Shown here one piece after another: positions 1 to 13,769 of a DNA stretch of 64,000 bases (positions are counted from its first letter, which is position 1; the number at the start of each line of letters is the position of its first letter). This DNA comes from the human T2T-CHM13v2.0 reference genome, Homo sapiens: the NCBI RefSeq assembly GCF_009914755.1, contig NC_060937.1. One strand, given 5' to 3'. The notes under the pieces were generated by a model. The model did not search any database. It saw only the letters and a program-made list of their open reading frames with translations, and had not been told where the DNA came from. Position numbers and translations under genes: made by a program.

Positions 1-20
1 AGACCCAGTCTCAAAAAAAC
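1..20 (+). mobile_element. 3' end and A-tail of an Alu truncated by the window edge
   Basis: AGACCCAGTCTCAAAAAAA resembles the Alu 3' terminus plus A-tail. Confidence 0.55.
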
Positions 21-274
21 CAACCTGCCAACCAAACAACCATAAACAACCATGTTATCTAATTACACCTCTTTGTATATTTGAATAAGTATGAGGAAAA
101 ATTAGTGCCAGACATTTCCAATTGATTCAGTCTTCAGTGACGCATCAATTCTAAGTCTATATAGGGTAATTAAGATTTTGCTTTTTTTTGTAGTCTGCAC
201 GTATTTTTAAAGGCAATTTTAGAGCAGTTGAGCACTTCAGCACTAATAGTACTCTTTTTCTTGACAATGCTTAC

Positions 275-414
275 CTTGACATTTCTAACAAGTGAGTGAA
301 TGAATTATTTCTGCTAATATTCAAGTAATATCTCAGCATGATGAAAAAGATTCATGTTTAAGAACTTCCATGGAAATCTTTTAGATACCAGGTGGCTACA
401 GTGATCACAGGTCT
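275..414 (-). other. Candidate spliced exon (140 nt), 5'UTR or lncRNA type; may end in a start codon (ATG TCA AG|gt)
   Basis: Minus strand: acceptor cattttgtttctgcag|AGACC, donor AAG|gtaagc. Unique sequence. All three frames contain stops. An ATG at 282-280 sits just before the donor. Confidence 0.55.
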
Positions 415-1389
415 CTGCAGAAACAAAATGTTCACAGGTTAAATATGTAGGTAGGGCTCTCACCCATCCTTGATCTCTGCACTAGACTATTGATTTCATT
501 AAGGATGCAGTATAGCCCAGAGTCTTTAAGCAAACACATTTTCCCCTTAAAAATCAAATAGAGGAATAGGCAAAGAATTCTCTTTCATCTATAAATTATG
601 AAGCCAAGTTCAAGAAATTCAAACTACTTGAAAAGGAGTGTTTGATTTCTTATGTAATGAAATTGTAAAAAATAAAAATAAAAACTCAATGCAGACTTGC
701 TCAAATGATGAGAACTTTAATATTTTTAATACAAACCCAGGACTCTACATGCAACTGTTATCTGGAAATGAATTGTAAGATGAACACATTATACAAGCAA
801 TCAGCAGCAAAGCTTAATCTCAGAATAAATGTTCATTGACTACACTTTCTTTTCAGGAAAAACAAAATTACCATTATGCACACATACACACATACACACA
901 CACAAACTTCTTTAAGCCAACATCTTTCTCACTGTCTTTTATCTGGCTGAGGGAAGAGATTGCTCTAAAAATGAGGAAACAAAAAAAAAATTTAAGTACG
1001 TGCTAAATTTCTTTCTTTTATTCTGTTTAATTTGAGAAATAGCAAATCTGTAGTCATTACTTACCTTTAAATGATTAAATGACAGTGCTGACAAAAATGA
1101 CTACTTTAATATATTAATAGACTAGTTTAATATAAAATAGTTTTATATCCTGAAAATATCCCCTTAGAAGACAGTATAAATTTGTTACTTTAAAGCCATT
1201 CACAATCTTTTTCACTCCTTTTTTCCCTACCTTTTAGGTGGCAAAATTAATATATCTACCTTCTCACGTGTGCACATATGATGGTCATATAAAAGAAATC
1301 TAGTCAAAAAAGAAAAGGTAAAAGTGCTTTAGTAGGACATTGTTCAAAATGCTTCTACCAAAAATAATAAAGATACATTTTTATTAAGA

Positions 1390-1665
1390 GAAAATGCTCT
1401 TTTTCTTTCCTGGAACTCAGACCCAAATGAAGAGTTACAGCACATCTCCTGTTTGTGATTGGAAAGTCACAGATGAATGACAAAAGAGCAGAAATGAAAA
1501 ATAAAAGAATATGTGCCCTTTGTGATCCATTTGAGCCTTGGGCAGCATATCTGTGAGCCTACTGCTTTAGCACCTAAACCTTACCTAAAGTTTAGATTTT
1601 AAAAATTTATAATTATTTGTGCTATTATAGAGTGTTCTCTGTTTGCTGTAAAAATGCAATTAACA
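1390..1665 (+). mobile_element. Degenerate MLT1 (MaLR) LTR fragment
   Basis: Resembles the 3' part of old MLT1 LTRs (ccatttgagccttgg ... gtgttctctgtttgctg). Highly diverged; boundaries approximate. Confidence 0.35.
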
Positions 1666-2528
1666 TTAAATGATATACTCCATAAATAGGAGGACCTTTC
1701 CTAAATTGAGCTATTACTTACTGCTTTCATTCAATTCTGCAGTAATGTTGGAAAAATCAGGATATAATTTTTTTGGCTTTTTAAAAACATTTTATAATTT
1801 GACACAAGCCTGCCACAATATTATGATCCCTTTCAGAGTTTCTTTTACGATAGGTGAGTCACTTAGACTTGTCAATTTTCTAGGAATAATTTCTCTACTA
1901 TTTTTACTGGGCTTGTACCTTCTTTCAAACACTCGCAATCTTTCACAAACCACACTCAAAACACTCTACGTGGGAGACAGGGAAGGAGAAAAATTAAACA
2001 ACATAACAATTTAGTCATTTATACATTATTATCATTATTATTATTGTTATTGAGGAAAAGATTTTTAGAAAAATAATTTGAGTAATAAAAGCTCTTTTTT
2101 AGAAATGTGATCTAGACTTGCAGAAAAGAATAGTTGATTTATTTAAAACATGCCAGTTGCTACATATATTTGATATACCTGCCTGTTTAGATGGACATAA
2201 TCTCTTATTTATATGATATCCATGTAATGGTATGTTTTAAATTATTTTACTATCATATTAACAAGTTACTTATGAATAAAAACTCATTTACTTGCTTTGC
2301 TTTAATATGTTTATATCTCATTAAGTACATATGAAACCTGTTGGTTCTGTGGACTGAATGTAACATATATTACATAAAATTATCATTCAAATTTTGAATA
2401 TTTAAAAGGTTTAGTTGATACATAAAATATGATATATATAACATATACTCATTTGGATTATTGGTGGATGGTTGATCTTTGTGATCTTTAAGTCACTTTC
2501 AAGCCTTGTTCTCATTAGTTTAAAGCAA

Positions 2529-2829
2529 TTTTTTTTTTTCTTTTTGAGACAGAGTTTCACTCTGTTACCCAGGCTGGAGTGCAGTGGCACGATCTCGGCT
2601 AATTGAAACCTCTGCCTCCCAGGTCCAAGCGATTCTCCTGTCTCAGCTTCCAGAGTAGCTGAGACTACAGGCACACAACCACGCCCAACTACTTTTTTTG
2701 TATTATTAGTAGAGATGGGGTTTCACCATATTGGTCAGGCTGGTCTCAAACTCCTGACCTCAGATGTGATCCACCCACCTCGACCTCCCAAAGTGCTGGG
2801 ATTACAGACATTAGCCACCGAGCCTGGCC
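2529..2829 (-). mobile_element. AluS
   Basis: Poly-T followed by a full reverse Alu dimer; degenerate TSD aaagca(a)ttttt on both sides. Confidence 0.95.
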
Positions 2830-3357
2830 TAAAAGCATTTTTTTTTTTACTCTAAAAGCATCCATGTATCTCTGTTTTATTTTTTTTATTAAACAGAGTA
2901 TTTTATTCCTATCTATTCCTAATATTCGATAATAATTCCATCTAGATTATCATATAAAAACATGCAGTATTTAATTTTTTAACATTTACTTTTTTGAATA
3001 AAACACCAACTTTGTTTCTTCTAGAAGTTCTGCAACAACAGAAAATGTGTGACAAAAATGCCAGAATTATTATAGTCTCCCTTTAGTTCCTGAATATCAT
3101 TAAGAAAAGAAAATTAATCTGGTAAGTTTTTCCACAATGTTTGAATTTATATGAATTCAGCTTCTCTGCAGTGCCTAGATAGCGATGTTAATTTGAACAT
3201 GGATGCAAAGTGTGTGCAGGCTAAAGGACATTTCGGCTATAAAAAGTCCCATCTCAGTAATGCTAAGTATTTCTGGCTTCTCATTTCTTGTAATTTAAAG
3301 AAGAAGCCTGCAGACTTTCTTATTATGCCTGACACATCTGCCGTTATATCTCCATAC

Positions 3358-3464
3358 CTCCGAAATGTCAGTAGCAATGCCTCTCAGGCCCCAGTTGCAT
3401 CTGGTAGGTGATGATGTAGACCTAGTCATCCAGGATCCAATGATACAGCAACCCTTGTTCTTTC
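3358..3464 (-). other. Weak candidate non-coding exon
   Basis: Locally GC-richer unique sequence; donor GAG|gtatgg; weak acceptor ctttatgaatag|G; no open frame continuing into the 275-414 exon. Confidence 0.25.
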
Positions 3465-4094
3465 CTATTCATAAAGCAGTTTAAAATGACTAATAAGTTT
3501 TAAAAAGCATATTTTAAACAAAAAGGCAATTTGTTCTTGCAAGTAAAAAAATAGATATAATAAAATGTAATATTTCCTTGTTACCACCAAAGAAAAAAGG
3601 AAAAATTAGAATTACAATCCTTCCAATACCAAATTTGTGTATTCCCGTTTTGCAATTCAACATCAATGTTACTACATAAAGTACATGTGTAGTTTTTGCA
3701 TAATCCATTCTATTGCCCCTATATTTTACAACCTTTAATATATATTCACTTAAAGTTTTTTAAATGAAAACATTTACTTACTTTTAAAAAGAAACTCCAT
3801 TTGGGATGACTTGGAAGTTTGTTTTTTCCATTAAGTTAGTGAAAAGATGAATTGGTTATTTTTCTTAAGGCTTCTAAACACATAGTCACATGTCTATTCC
3901 TGCCAAGGATTTGCTAACAAAACACCATTACGTGCTAACCTGACTCTTACAAATTCAATATTGAAAGAAAAAAATCTCAAAAAATAAAACCAAAATGAAA
4001 CTAATTCTCTAAATAAAATACAGTTTACTCAGTTATATTTGAAAAAATTTTTATATTATGAAATACACAGTAAAGAGGAGGTACATAGTAGTGA

Positions 4095-4312
4095 CTAAGC
4101 TTTGATAGTGGTAGAAGTCTGTCATAAACAGCTGGTGTTTTAAACCTCAGCTCCACCACTTATAAACTCTGCAGTCTTGAAGCCTCAAGTACCTAAAGTT
4201 CCCCATTGGAAAGCAAGAATTATAACAATTGTCATGTAGAGTTAATGAAAAAATTCAAGGATAGTTTCTCTCTTGAGTAAGTACTGAATAAATATTAGCT
4301 GTTGATATTATT
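4095..4312 (+). mobile_element. MIR SINE
   Basis: MIR core-like aaacctcagctccaccactta and 3' end gagtaagtactgaataaatattagctgtt. Confidence 0.65.
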
Positions 4313-4374
4313 TTCCTTTTTTTAAATTAATCTCAGTTCAAATTTTCTTTACAACTGAAGAGACTTAACAGAGT

Positions 4375-4870
4375 TTAGCGTTGTTTACAAGCTAGATGTC
4401 TTCCAGAACTTCCCCATCAAATATTAGAAAAAAAAAAAAACAGGTCTCTGGGGAAAGCTACACCTCTTTATCTGATATTCACAAATAGGGTTGACAGATG
4501 AAATATGCCCAGTTAAATTTGAACATTTACAATTAAATTTCCCAGATAAAATACATCCAATTAAACTTCAATGTCAGAAAAACAAGAAATAATATTTTAG
4601 TATGACCCAAATATTGCAAAGAACATACTTACTATAGGTCATATAATTATTCACTGTTTATCTAAAATTTAAATGTAACAGACACTTCTGTATTTTATTT
4701 GTTAAATCAGGCAACGCTTATCCACAATGCAATTAGCAATAAAGAAAACATTATAAGGAAATATGTTGAACTTGGTTTAAGGTAATTATCACAAAATTTA
4801 TTTGACCATAGAATGTTATTTGAAATTAACATCTATTAGTACATTGATGATCACAAATCTAGAAAAGCTT
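4375..4870. mobile_element. Old hAT-Charlie non-autonomous element (MER112-like) interrupted by MER53
   Basis: cctctttatctgatattcacaa | tgcaattagcaataaag ... ttatttgaccatagaa ... taacatctattag matches the recalled MER112-type consensus on both sides of the MER53. Confidence 0.45.
4486..4720. mobile_element. MER53 palindromic hAT MITE
   Basis: TIRs tagggttgacaga ... tcaggcaacgctta; internal cccagttaaatttgaa and gtttatctaaaatttaaat; degenerate 8-bp TSD ttcacaaa/tccacaat. Confidence 0.85.
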
Positions 4871-5388
4871 TTTAATTTCATATTTTAATTTTACAGGTGA
4901 GAAAACTAAAAGAACATACTTTACTGAATTTTTCCTTACAGTAGAGGTCAGATGCTAGTCACCTTATCATCTAGGCTGTATTTTCTCAGTTCTTTTCAAG
5001 ACAATTTTCTGTTCTTTTAATTTTATCTTTTTTCACATAAGAGCTCTGAAATAATAAATTCTCCTTATTATAATATACTGATTTGTACATAATTTAGACA
5101 TCAGTAACTTTTAGCACGTATTATCTTATTCACTTGATTCATATCTACTTTTAAATGATCAACTTTTTAATAGAAATGTATTGATTATATAAACTATGAA
5201 ATTAGTAAATTTTAAAATTAACTGTACTTGTTCATATTCATAAATAGATTGGCTATAGCTATACCTTATAAATTCTATACCTTATACACAGGAAACACTT
5301 AAAAAACAATGAAGTTTGTTATGGAAGCTTGGACAAAGTTGCATCAGAAATCCAACACTATAGGTTCATTTCTATCCACAACCCCTAA

Positions 5389-5750
<362 letters not shown>

Positions 5751-6974
5751 TTATCTCAATAGAATTTTTGAAATACAGGCATGTAAAGGTATGAAATGTG
5801 ATTGAGAGTGGAGAACACATACTTTCAGGAAAGCTTGCTTTCTTGTTTTTCTATTTTAGTAAAAGCTAAATATTTAACATGTAACAAGTGTTATACAATA
5901 TTTTGATGAGACTGTTTTCAGACTTGAGGCCATATTTACTTTGCTTTCAGAATTGTTATGCTATTTAAAAAATATATTATTTGGTTTTAAAGTTTTAAAA
6001 AATTGGTTAGATGAAAGTTTCCATCTCAGAATAGATTTTTAAAACTGTTTTATAAGGAAAAAAAAAAACGGTGTAAGTTTCTTCTTGAGGCACTGCTTAA
6101 GAATCCCCAAGCTAATCCAGTTTTTATAATAATTTTGGCGGAGTCAAATGACCTATCCATGCAAAGTTTATGCAATGTTAAAAAACAAACTTCTATTTAA
6201 AGCCAGGAGTATATGAGAATAGCAGACTTTTTTTAGTATTTACTTTCACTGTATGGGTGTTCATATAACTTAAGAAAACCACTCCTGGGTAGTTCAGGCA
6301 GCGTGATGCATTTTTGAAGTTCATGTTTTCCCTTGAAAATGTTTCAAATCCTATAGTGAAGATTAAATCCTTGATCCCTCTTGCATGAGATAAACTCTAG
6401 CTTCTCTAGAAGTTCAAAGCCAAAGGCTTACTTAAAATAAAAGGAGTATGACTCTTGAAATAAGCAGTTTTCCAGCCTCACTGTTTACTACAATTGCATA
6501 GAATGCCTAGAGTTATTTAAGCATGGTAATATTTGTATATGCTTTTCTTTCTAATAGCTACTCTTAGAAGAGTTCCAGGGCTATGAATAACTATTCTATG
6601 AAAAAATAATATCACAGTGAATTTACTTCATTTCCCTAAAACATCTAAGTATATAGGTAAGTTGGAAATTAATTTATAATGTTTTGGGAAATAGTATACA
6701 GATCTTTAGATGGAAATATGTCTTGTAGCAATAATTTACCATGTAAACATATATATTATCAATTTTATGTTAGTCTAAATTTTTGTTATTCATTAATTTA
6801 AAAAGAAGGAAATAATTTTCTCTTTGTCATAAATCTTTGTTTTCTGTATTTTAAGAAATTTATTTTTGGTCATTAGCACATCTTTGTCTTTGAAAAGTTA
6901 TTTTGAAGTAATTGGAATTTCTGTGACTAAATTCTGTCACTAAATTCCAAAGCTGGCCAGTTATGGACCAGCTT

Positions 6975-7052
6975 TGAAATATCTGTTATGAATGCAATGA
7001 AAGATCTGTTATATATATATATATAACAATGAAATATCTGTTATGAAAGCAA
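6975..7052. repeat. Three-copy ~23-bp minisatellite with (TA)n in the middle unit
   Basis: tgaaatatctgttatgaatgcaa / tgaaagatctgtta(ta)n acaa / tgaaatatctgttatgaaagcaa. Confidence 0.8.
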
Positions 7053-7916
7053 AATAGAATAAACTAACAATGAAATTCTAATGAATCAAATTGCTATTTG
7101 GACTAATTCACTTAAATATATTGATTACCTATTATCATCTGAATTTAAAGATCACATGGTACCTACTTTTATATCATATTATCTATTTATTATTTGTAGT
7201 TGTCAAAGTAAGCCCAGTTGTTAAACATTGAAATCTTTTTCAAAATAAGCAAATTATTCATCATATTATAAGACCCAATTATTTAGAGGAAAAATATTGT
7301 ATGTTTTAAAAATGATAGATTGTAGAATGTCTAATTACTGCAATATATTGCTAAGTACCATTTTAGATATGACTTGATCATAAAAAGAAGGCCTTAAAAT
7401 CAACAGTGACATATAGAGTTGCAAGACTGGGATAATAACTTTGCAACAAGATTGTGATAAATAACTCAAGTAAAACTGCACTATTTGTAGCAATAACTAG
7501 GACATATTAATTTATGAAGTAATCTTTTCTAAATACAAAAAATCTGTCAAATTCTGATGTTGATAATTTTCATAAGAAATGACACCAACGGGTAAATATT
7601 TCAACAACCATACAACTACAGAAACTGGCTGTTGATTCCCACAACACTTTGATTTAAATAAAACTGTGTTCAATTTAGTGTTGTTGATTCCAGAAATGAA
7701 AGTTAAACCATATGTTGACAATAATGATTTATATGTATAACAAAAATATTGATGTCTCTGAATATAAATCCATGTTTATACTAAAAGTAAGCATGTGTCA
7801 GTCAATTCATTCTTTCATATACAATTTTGCATAGTATCCATGTTTCATAATGATATGATATCCATACGTAAATTTTTTAAATTAAAAAAACGCTTTTTAT
7901 GCAGCTAACCATTTAC

Positions 7917-8036
7917 CTAGTGGTGTTCATACAGCTTCTTTATATTAAAATACCAACCAATGTATTAAGTGTTAACCGTAATAAATAGTCCCAGAAACCT
8001 TGTCGTATTGGCCAGGTATCATCACATAACACTGAC
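7917..8036 (-). other. Candidate spliced non-coding exon (120 nt)
   Basis: Minus strand: acceptor ttctctttcaattatttgctaaacag|G, donor TAG|gtaaat. Unique sequence retaining CpGs; stops in all three frames. Confidence 0.45.
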
Positions 8037-8320
8037 CTGTTTAGCAAATAATTGAAAGAGAATAGTCTGGGTTGTTTTAGAGACATGATGTGTTTGACAA
8101 AGAGAGGAGGTAATTTATCCAATTATCCAATGTGTTGTGGTGATTTATAGAAATAATTTCATACAAGGAAAGATAGCTGGATTAAGAAGAAATATTTTCT
8201 CTAATAAGCCTTTTAAGAGAAATAATTCATACATTTATATCAAGAAAGATGAAAAATCATAATGAGAAAAAAGATGAAAATTATAAGGAAATAAAACAGG
8301 AAGTTCGAGGAAAGAAGTGA

Positions 8321-8979
<659 letters not shown>

Positions 8980-9061
8980 AGAGAAGTTTTAAATGAAATG
9001 ATGAGTCTATATTTAATATGGAATAAAGAAGTAAAGAAGTAGTCTTAAGCAGATTGACATT

Positions 9062-9630
9062 TGTGGTGGACATTCCATAGGATGAACTCCAGTGAATCAT
9101 TGTATAATCCTCTCCCCTTGATTGTGGTGGGACCTGAGATTAGATTCTAGCTAATAGATGACAATGATAATGGGAATGCCAGTTCCAGGGTTAGGTTATG
9201 TCACATTTTGTAATTAGAAGATTTCATTTTAGAATACTGGAGAGAGCTATTCTCTTTTTAGCCTTTAAGAAGCAAGCTGTCATGTTTTGAGAGGTTTGGG
9301 TGAGACTCACCCATGAGAGGAAACTGTTCATGGCTTCTGGGACATGAGGGTGCTTCCTGAAGAAGCCAGCAAGAGGTCAGGTCCTGAGTTGTAGAACAAG
9401 GAAATAAATTTTGCCAGTAGTCTAAATGAGCTTGGAGGGATATTTGTCTCAGTTAAACCTCGAAGTGAAAATGTAGCTTCTCTGACTCCTTAATTTCAAC
9501 CTTGTGAGACCCTCTACAACAGACCTAGCAAAACCATGCCTAGACTCCTTACCCACAGAAACTGACATAATAATTGTGTATTCCTAAATCATTAAGTTTA
9601 TGGTAATTACACAGCAATTGAAAAATAATA
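9062..9630 (+). mobile_element. MLT1E/F-type MaLR solo LTR
   Basis: Begins tgtggtgg; internal aatcctctccccttga, gaagcaagctgtcatgtt, aaatgagcttgga; ends ttaagtttatggtaattacacagcaattgaaaaataata. Confidence 0.85.
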
Positions 9631-10126
9631 TGGTATTTTCGCGTAGATGGTTAGTTTGTGGGGACATTTAAGTCATTCGTCCACATAGCCTATTTTCCTC
9701 TGTGCACATTTACTGTTCAAATTAGAAAGCTCAAAGTTATTTTCTTCCTTCTGACTATTTAGAAGACAACAACCTCCCTGGTGAGTAAACCTTAAGTACA
9801 GCAACAGGATATTAAACATATTTGAAGTATATGCACAGCTTGCTATTGTACTCATTTCATTTTTAGTGTAGTATAGCAAGTTTAACTGCCTGATGCCAAT
9901 TAACCATAATGAGAATTATGGAACTAAACCACAGTGCACTACACTGAAAATTGAATCACTTGGGTTCTTACTGACTTCATGCTTTTTGTTGAAGGACATA
10001 TAACTTATATTAAAGACTTCTCTTTTTTCCTACCTAAGAAACATTGATTATCATTAATTGAAACTATATTAAAACTCTGATTAACATATACAAAATTTAA
10101 TTAATAAAATTACTTTCTAAAGAAAA

Positions 10127-10364
10127 GACAGAAAAAAGTATATGTACATACCATGTACAACATAATATTTTCAAGTATATGTACATTGGGGAATGACTAA
10201 ATCTAGCTAATTAGCTTTCCCTAACATAATTATCATTTTTTGAGGTAAAAACATTTTATATCCAGTCTCTACATTTTTCAAGAATTTATTAGTTTATATA
10301 TAGTTAATATATTATTAACTGTACATTAAAGAAATCTATCGTACAACATGTGACTACAGTTAAC
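10127..10364 (-). mobile_element. L1MA-type 3' end fragment with a short 5' inversion
   Basis: 10127-10320 matches the reverse L1MA 3'UTR (gtacaacataatattttcaag...ctagctaattag); 10328-10364 is the adjacent L1 sequence in forward orientation. Confidence 0.7.
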
Positions 10365-10749
10365 AAAGTTAGTGTTCACATCTCTTCTCCAAAGAAAAGC
10401 TAAAGTTCATTTATATTATAATGTCTGTATTTAGTTTAACATAAAATACATAAAACATGCTAAATATATTTCCCTGTGTTTCTTCTTAATTATTATACTG
10501 GTAATTAATTCAAATTTTAAAACAATTCAAAGTACATTATAAATCCTTTAAATAGCTATAGCAGGGTTTTAAATATAGAATTCTATTAATTTAAAATAAT
10601 AGCATATAAAACTTTATCACAGATGCTAATTGTGACATTGAACTCAGTAATTTCAGAAACATGAATGTATTCTCTGACGTATTGTTTTAAATAATGAGAC
10701 TTTGGTATGAAACTAAAAAATTATTTAGAAAAATTAAATCTAAAGAAAC

Positions 10750-10752
<3 letters not shown>

Positions 10753-10782
<30 letters not shown>
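10753..10782. repeat. (CA)n microsatellite
   Basis: Direct read: about 15 units. Confidence 0.97.
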
Positions 10783-10784
<2 letters not shown>

Positions 10785-10924
10785 CACATACACAGCTACT
10801 CTCATAGAAAACTCACAGTTACAAACTGAAACCTCAGGAGCATCTTCTTCTCGAAGCCATGGGAGATGAACTTAATAGTTGCCTCTGACTTTTCAGATGA
10901 ACAATTCAAACTTCTCATCATGAT

Positions 10925-11022
10925 TGTATTCATTCAACAAACACATAGCCCAACACTGTGCCAGAATGGTTCCAAGCACCTCAACAAGTTGGCTCATTAG
11001 TTCCTTATAACAACCTTATAGA
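10925..11022 (-). mobile_element. MIR/L2 3' end fragment
   Basis: attcattcaacaaaca ... actgtgccag ... ctcattagttccttataacaaccttatag. Confidence 0.5.
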
Positions 11023-12770
11023 ATTAGTTTAGAGTGATTTTTAAGAAAATGCAGTTCTTGTTTCATTTTTAAACATCCACCCATTTGCTTGATGATTGTA
11101 GTACAGAGTGAAGCTGGCTTGAGGAACTTTGTCTCTTTAGCTTTTCCTGATTGGAGAGTTTCATGTACTTAGTTTACTGGCAGAATGGAAGGATGTGGTT
11201 TTCTGCATAAGTGAAATCCAAATAAAGGAATCTTACTCTATACAAAGATAATTTTCTGAAAATAACTAGTGGGTTGAGGCTATAAAATTCCCATATTTGT
11301 AATAGAAATCTTGTGCTCAAAGTTAGAGGTACAACAGTACATGTCATTCTCTGGGTTCCCAGTCTGTGATACTGCTCCCACCCTTCTTCACTATTGCAAA
11401 CATTTACTAACCCAGTTTTGAACATGAACTTTATTTTCTCAAAATATGTTAGTATCTGACTAGGATTTCCTTTGAAGAATAACCAAGTTCAGGCAAGACC
11501 TATTGTTCCACCACAGAAATCAGTGTTTGTTTCACTACAAGGTCAAGATACAGAGTCTAAACCTCTGTGCCACTGTCTAAGTCATGTTTAAGAGCATAAT
11601 TTCTTAAAAACATTCAGTTTGCTACAATTGATTTTTAGCAACTTTATGATGGGTTTTTGTTGAAAATTTGAATACAGCTTATTTGATTCTATATCATACC
11701 TTGGACACTTTCAAAAGCCATCAATATTTAAACACCCCTAAGATTATTCCACCTTAGAGTCTTACGTCTGCACACTTCTGTGTTACATCTATCTTTATCT
11801 ATTTTTTCAACCATTTCAAAACATTTCATACTGATCTTCAGAGTTCCTGTTCCTTAGTTACATTCTTGTATATTGCTGACTTCATATTACGGGTTTCTCC
11901 CATCTCCTATAGGTCATAAATAAAACTTAGTATTCCGCTGTTGTATTATTAAGTTTTAAGTTCTACTTTATGATTATTATTGTGATTGCACATATAAGGT
12001 TTCTGTATCAGATATATTAATTATTGATTCTTACATAAAACTTATGCCATCTCTTTTTGCCTTCAGTTCTTATTACTTGGGCAAGGTGCTGATAACCGTG
12101 GCATCCTACACATGTCAGAGTCTGTACCACAGATGAAGAACATGAAAATATGAAATATTTTTGCTTAGATGAGTGCTGCTCCCCTTCACCCTAAAGAAAG
12201 GGAGAAAAATCTTCCCTCCAAAAGAAGAATCTTGAGTTCTTACTTTAATTTAGAGTGTAAATAAGTATATCCATAGGAAAGGTAAATCCCAGGACTCATA
12301 CCTCTCCTTGAAATTTAAAATATAGCTCTGAAGAGGTGAATCTACATGGAGTTCTCTCCGTTTAATCAGTCATAAATTCCATTCCAAGGCTCATTCTTCT
12401 AATTCTGATTTCAAGTTTCATTAAATATTATTAAGAAAGCACTAATAATGCAATGCAGGAACACAAACACACATATGCACACCCACCGGCATACACACAC
12501 ACTTCACAATTCCATTGTTACTTTATATTGAGGCTTGGAAGTTGCCATTTTTATTAGGTCACCATGCCGTGATTTCCTACTATAATTTCTAGATCATCAT
12601 TAAACCACCTAAAGATAAACAATTTCTTCCTTGGAGGGTCATACCAAGCATCTCTTTCTTCATAGCCATTTCACCTCATTCAAAATAGTTACCTATATCC
12701 TTACCTTTTCTACTTCTATTAAAATTGAAACTATATGTAACAAAACTCTTCACACGTCTTGGAATAATTT

Positions 12771-12775
<5 letters not shown>

Positions 12776-12829
<54 letters not shown>
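12776..12829. repeat. (CT)n(AT)n compound microsatellite
   Basis: Direct read. Confidence 0.97.
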
Positions 12830-13769
12830 ACTATAAAACAACTAAGCTTACACTTTTGTAATGTCTTCATGTATATGATCCTTCTCTATACTCCACTTCA
12901 GTCCAATTCAGGCACCTGTAGATACAGATACTTGCAAGACCTGGTCATCCACTATACTTTTATACCTCTAAAATAATTAATTGTGCCTTCAAATATGTCT
13001 CTCTTTTATTTGTTATCACTTAACTTATCTCATTTGTATTAGTCTGTGTTACTAATCGCTGTGTCCCTTGTCTCTATTATCTTTTCTGAAAGGTCATATT
13101 ATAATAGGCATGACCTGTCAACTTTCTAGCTAATAAAATTCTCTCATCTGTTCCTTAAATATCCCCATATCTTTTTCCAAAACCTCAATTCAATTTCCAT
13201 GGCAGATCCTTATTTCTTCTCAAATTGTTTGTGACAAAGTAGAATATTTATTAAGTGAGAACTATTCATATCAGTGCCATTGCAAAATCTATAATAACAC
13301 AAAAGCCTCCAAAGTCATTTCTCATTCATTCTAATAAGGATTTATTTCAAATTAATAATAATTTCCTTAAGATTCCTACTTTAGTATTTGCACCATCATA
13401 TTTTGCAAACACTCTTGCTTCCTGTAGATATGAAAAAGAATGTAGTATAATTCTTTGTGTTTCTATCCTATTGGAGGATGCTGGTGTTTCTTTGCTTCTT
13501 CAGGCATACTGCTAGACTAAATAGCTGAACTTCTTAGTAGTTGTATGTGGCCTTGTACAATTTCTGGTCAATAAATTTGGGAAGAAGAGCTATATGTTAC
13601 ATTAAAGTATGGTTCCTAAAATAAATACCTTACAATATTATATTTCTCTATTTTCTCATCTCCCACCTGGCTTTAGAGGATCCACCAAAAGTTACCATGT
13701 TTCTAGAAGATAGCAGAGAAACCAAAGAAGGGGTTCTGGTTTTTGAAATAACACATTTTGCTTCCTTGT

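Noticed and set aside
1065-1149. Perfect minus-strand donor AAG|gtaagt at 1065/1064
   Set aside because: The nearest acceptors (1150, 1088) have weak pyrimidine tracts and the body is extremely AT-rich; not enough for an exon call.
1670-2014. 114-aa plus-strand ORF
   Set aside because: Low-complexity F/L/I/N-rich translation typical of AT-rich non-coding DNA; no recognisable domain or exon structure.
3409-3470. C-box-like GTGATGA suggesting a C/D snoRNA
   Set aside because: No D box (CTGA) with a terminal stem at a suitable distance.
7512-8122. Minus-strand ORFs 7512-7721 and 7940-8122
   Set aside because: Both start at non-ATG codons, are short, and have no recognisable homology. The second only overlaps the candidate exon, which has stops in all frames.
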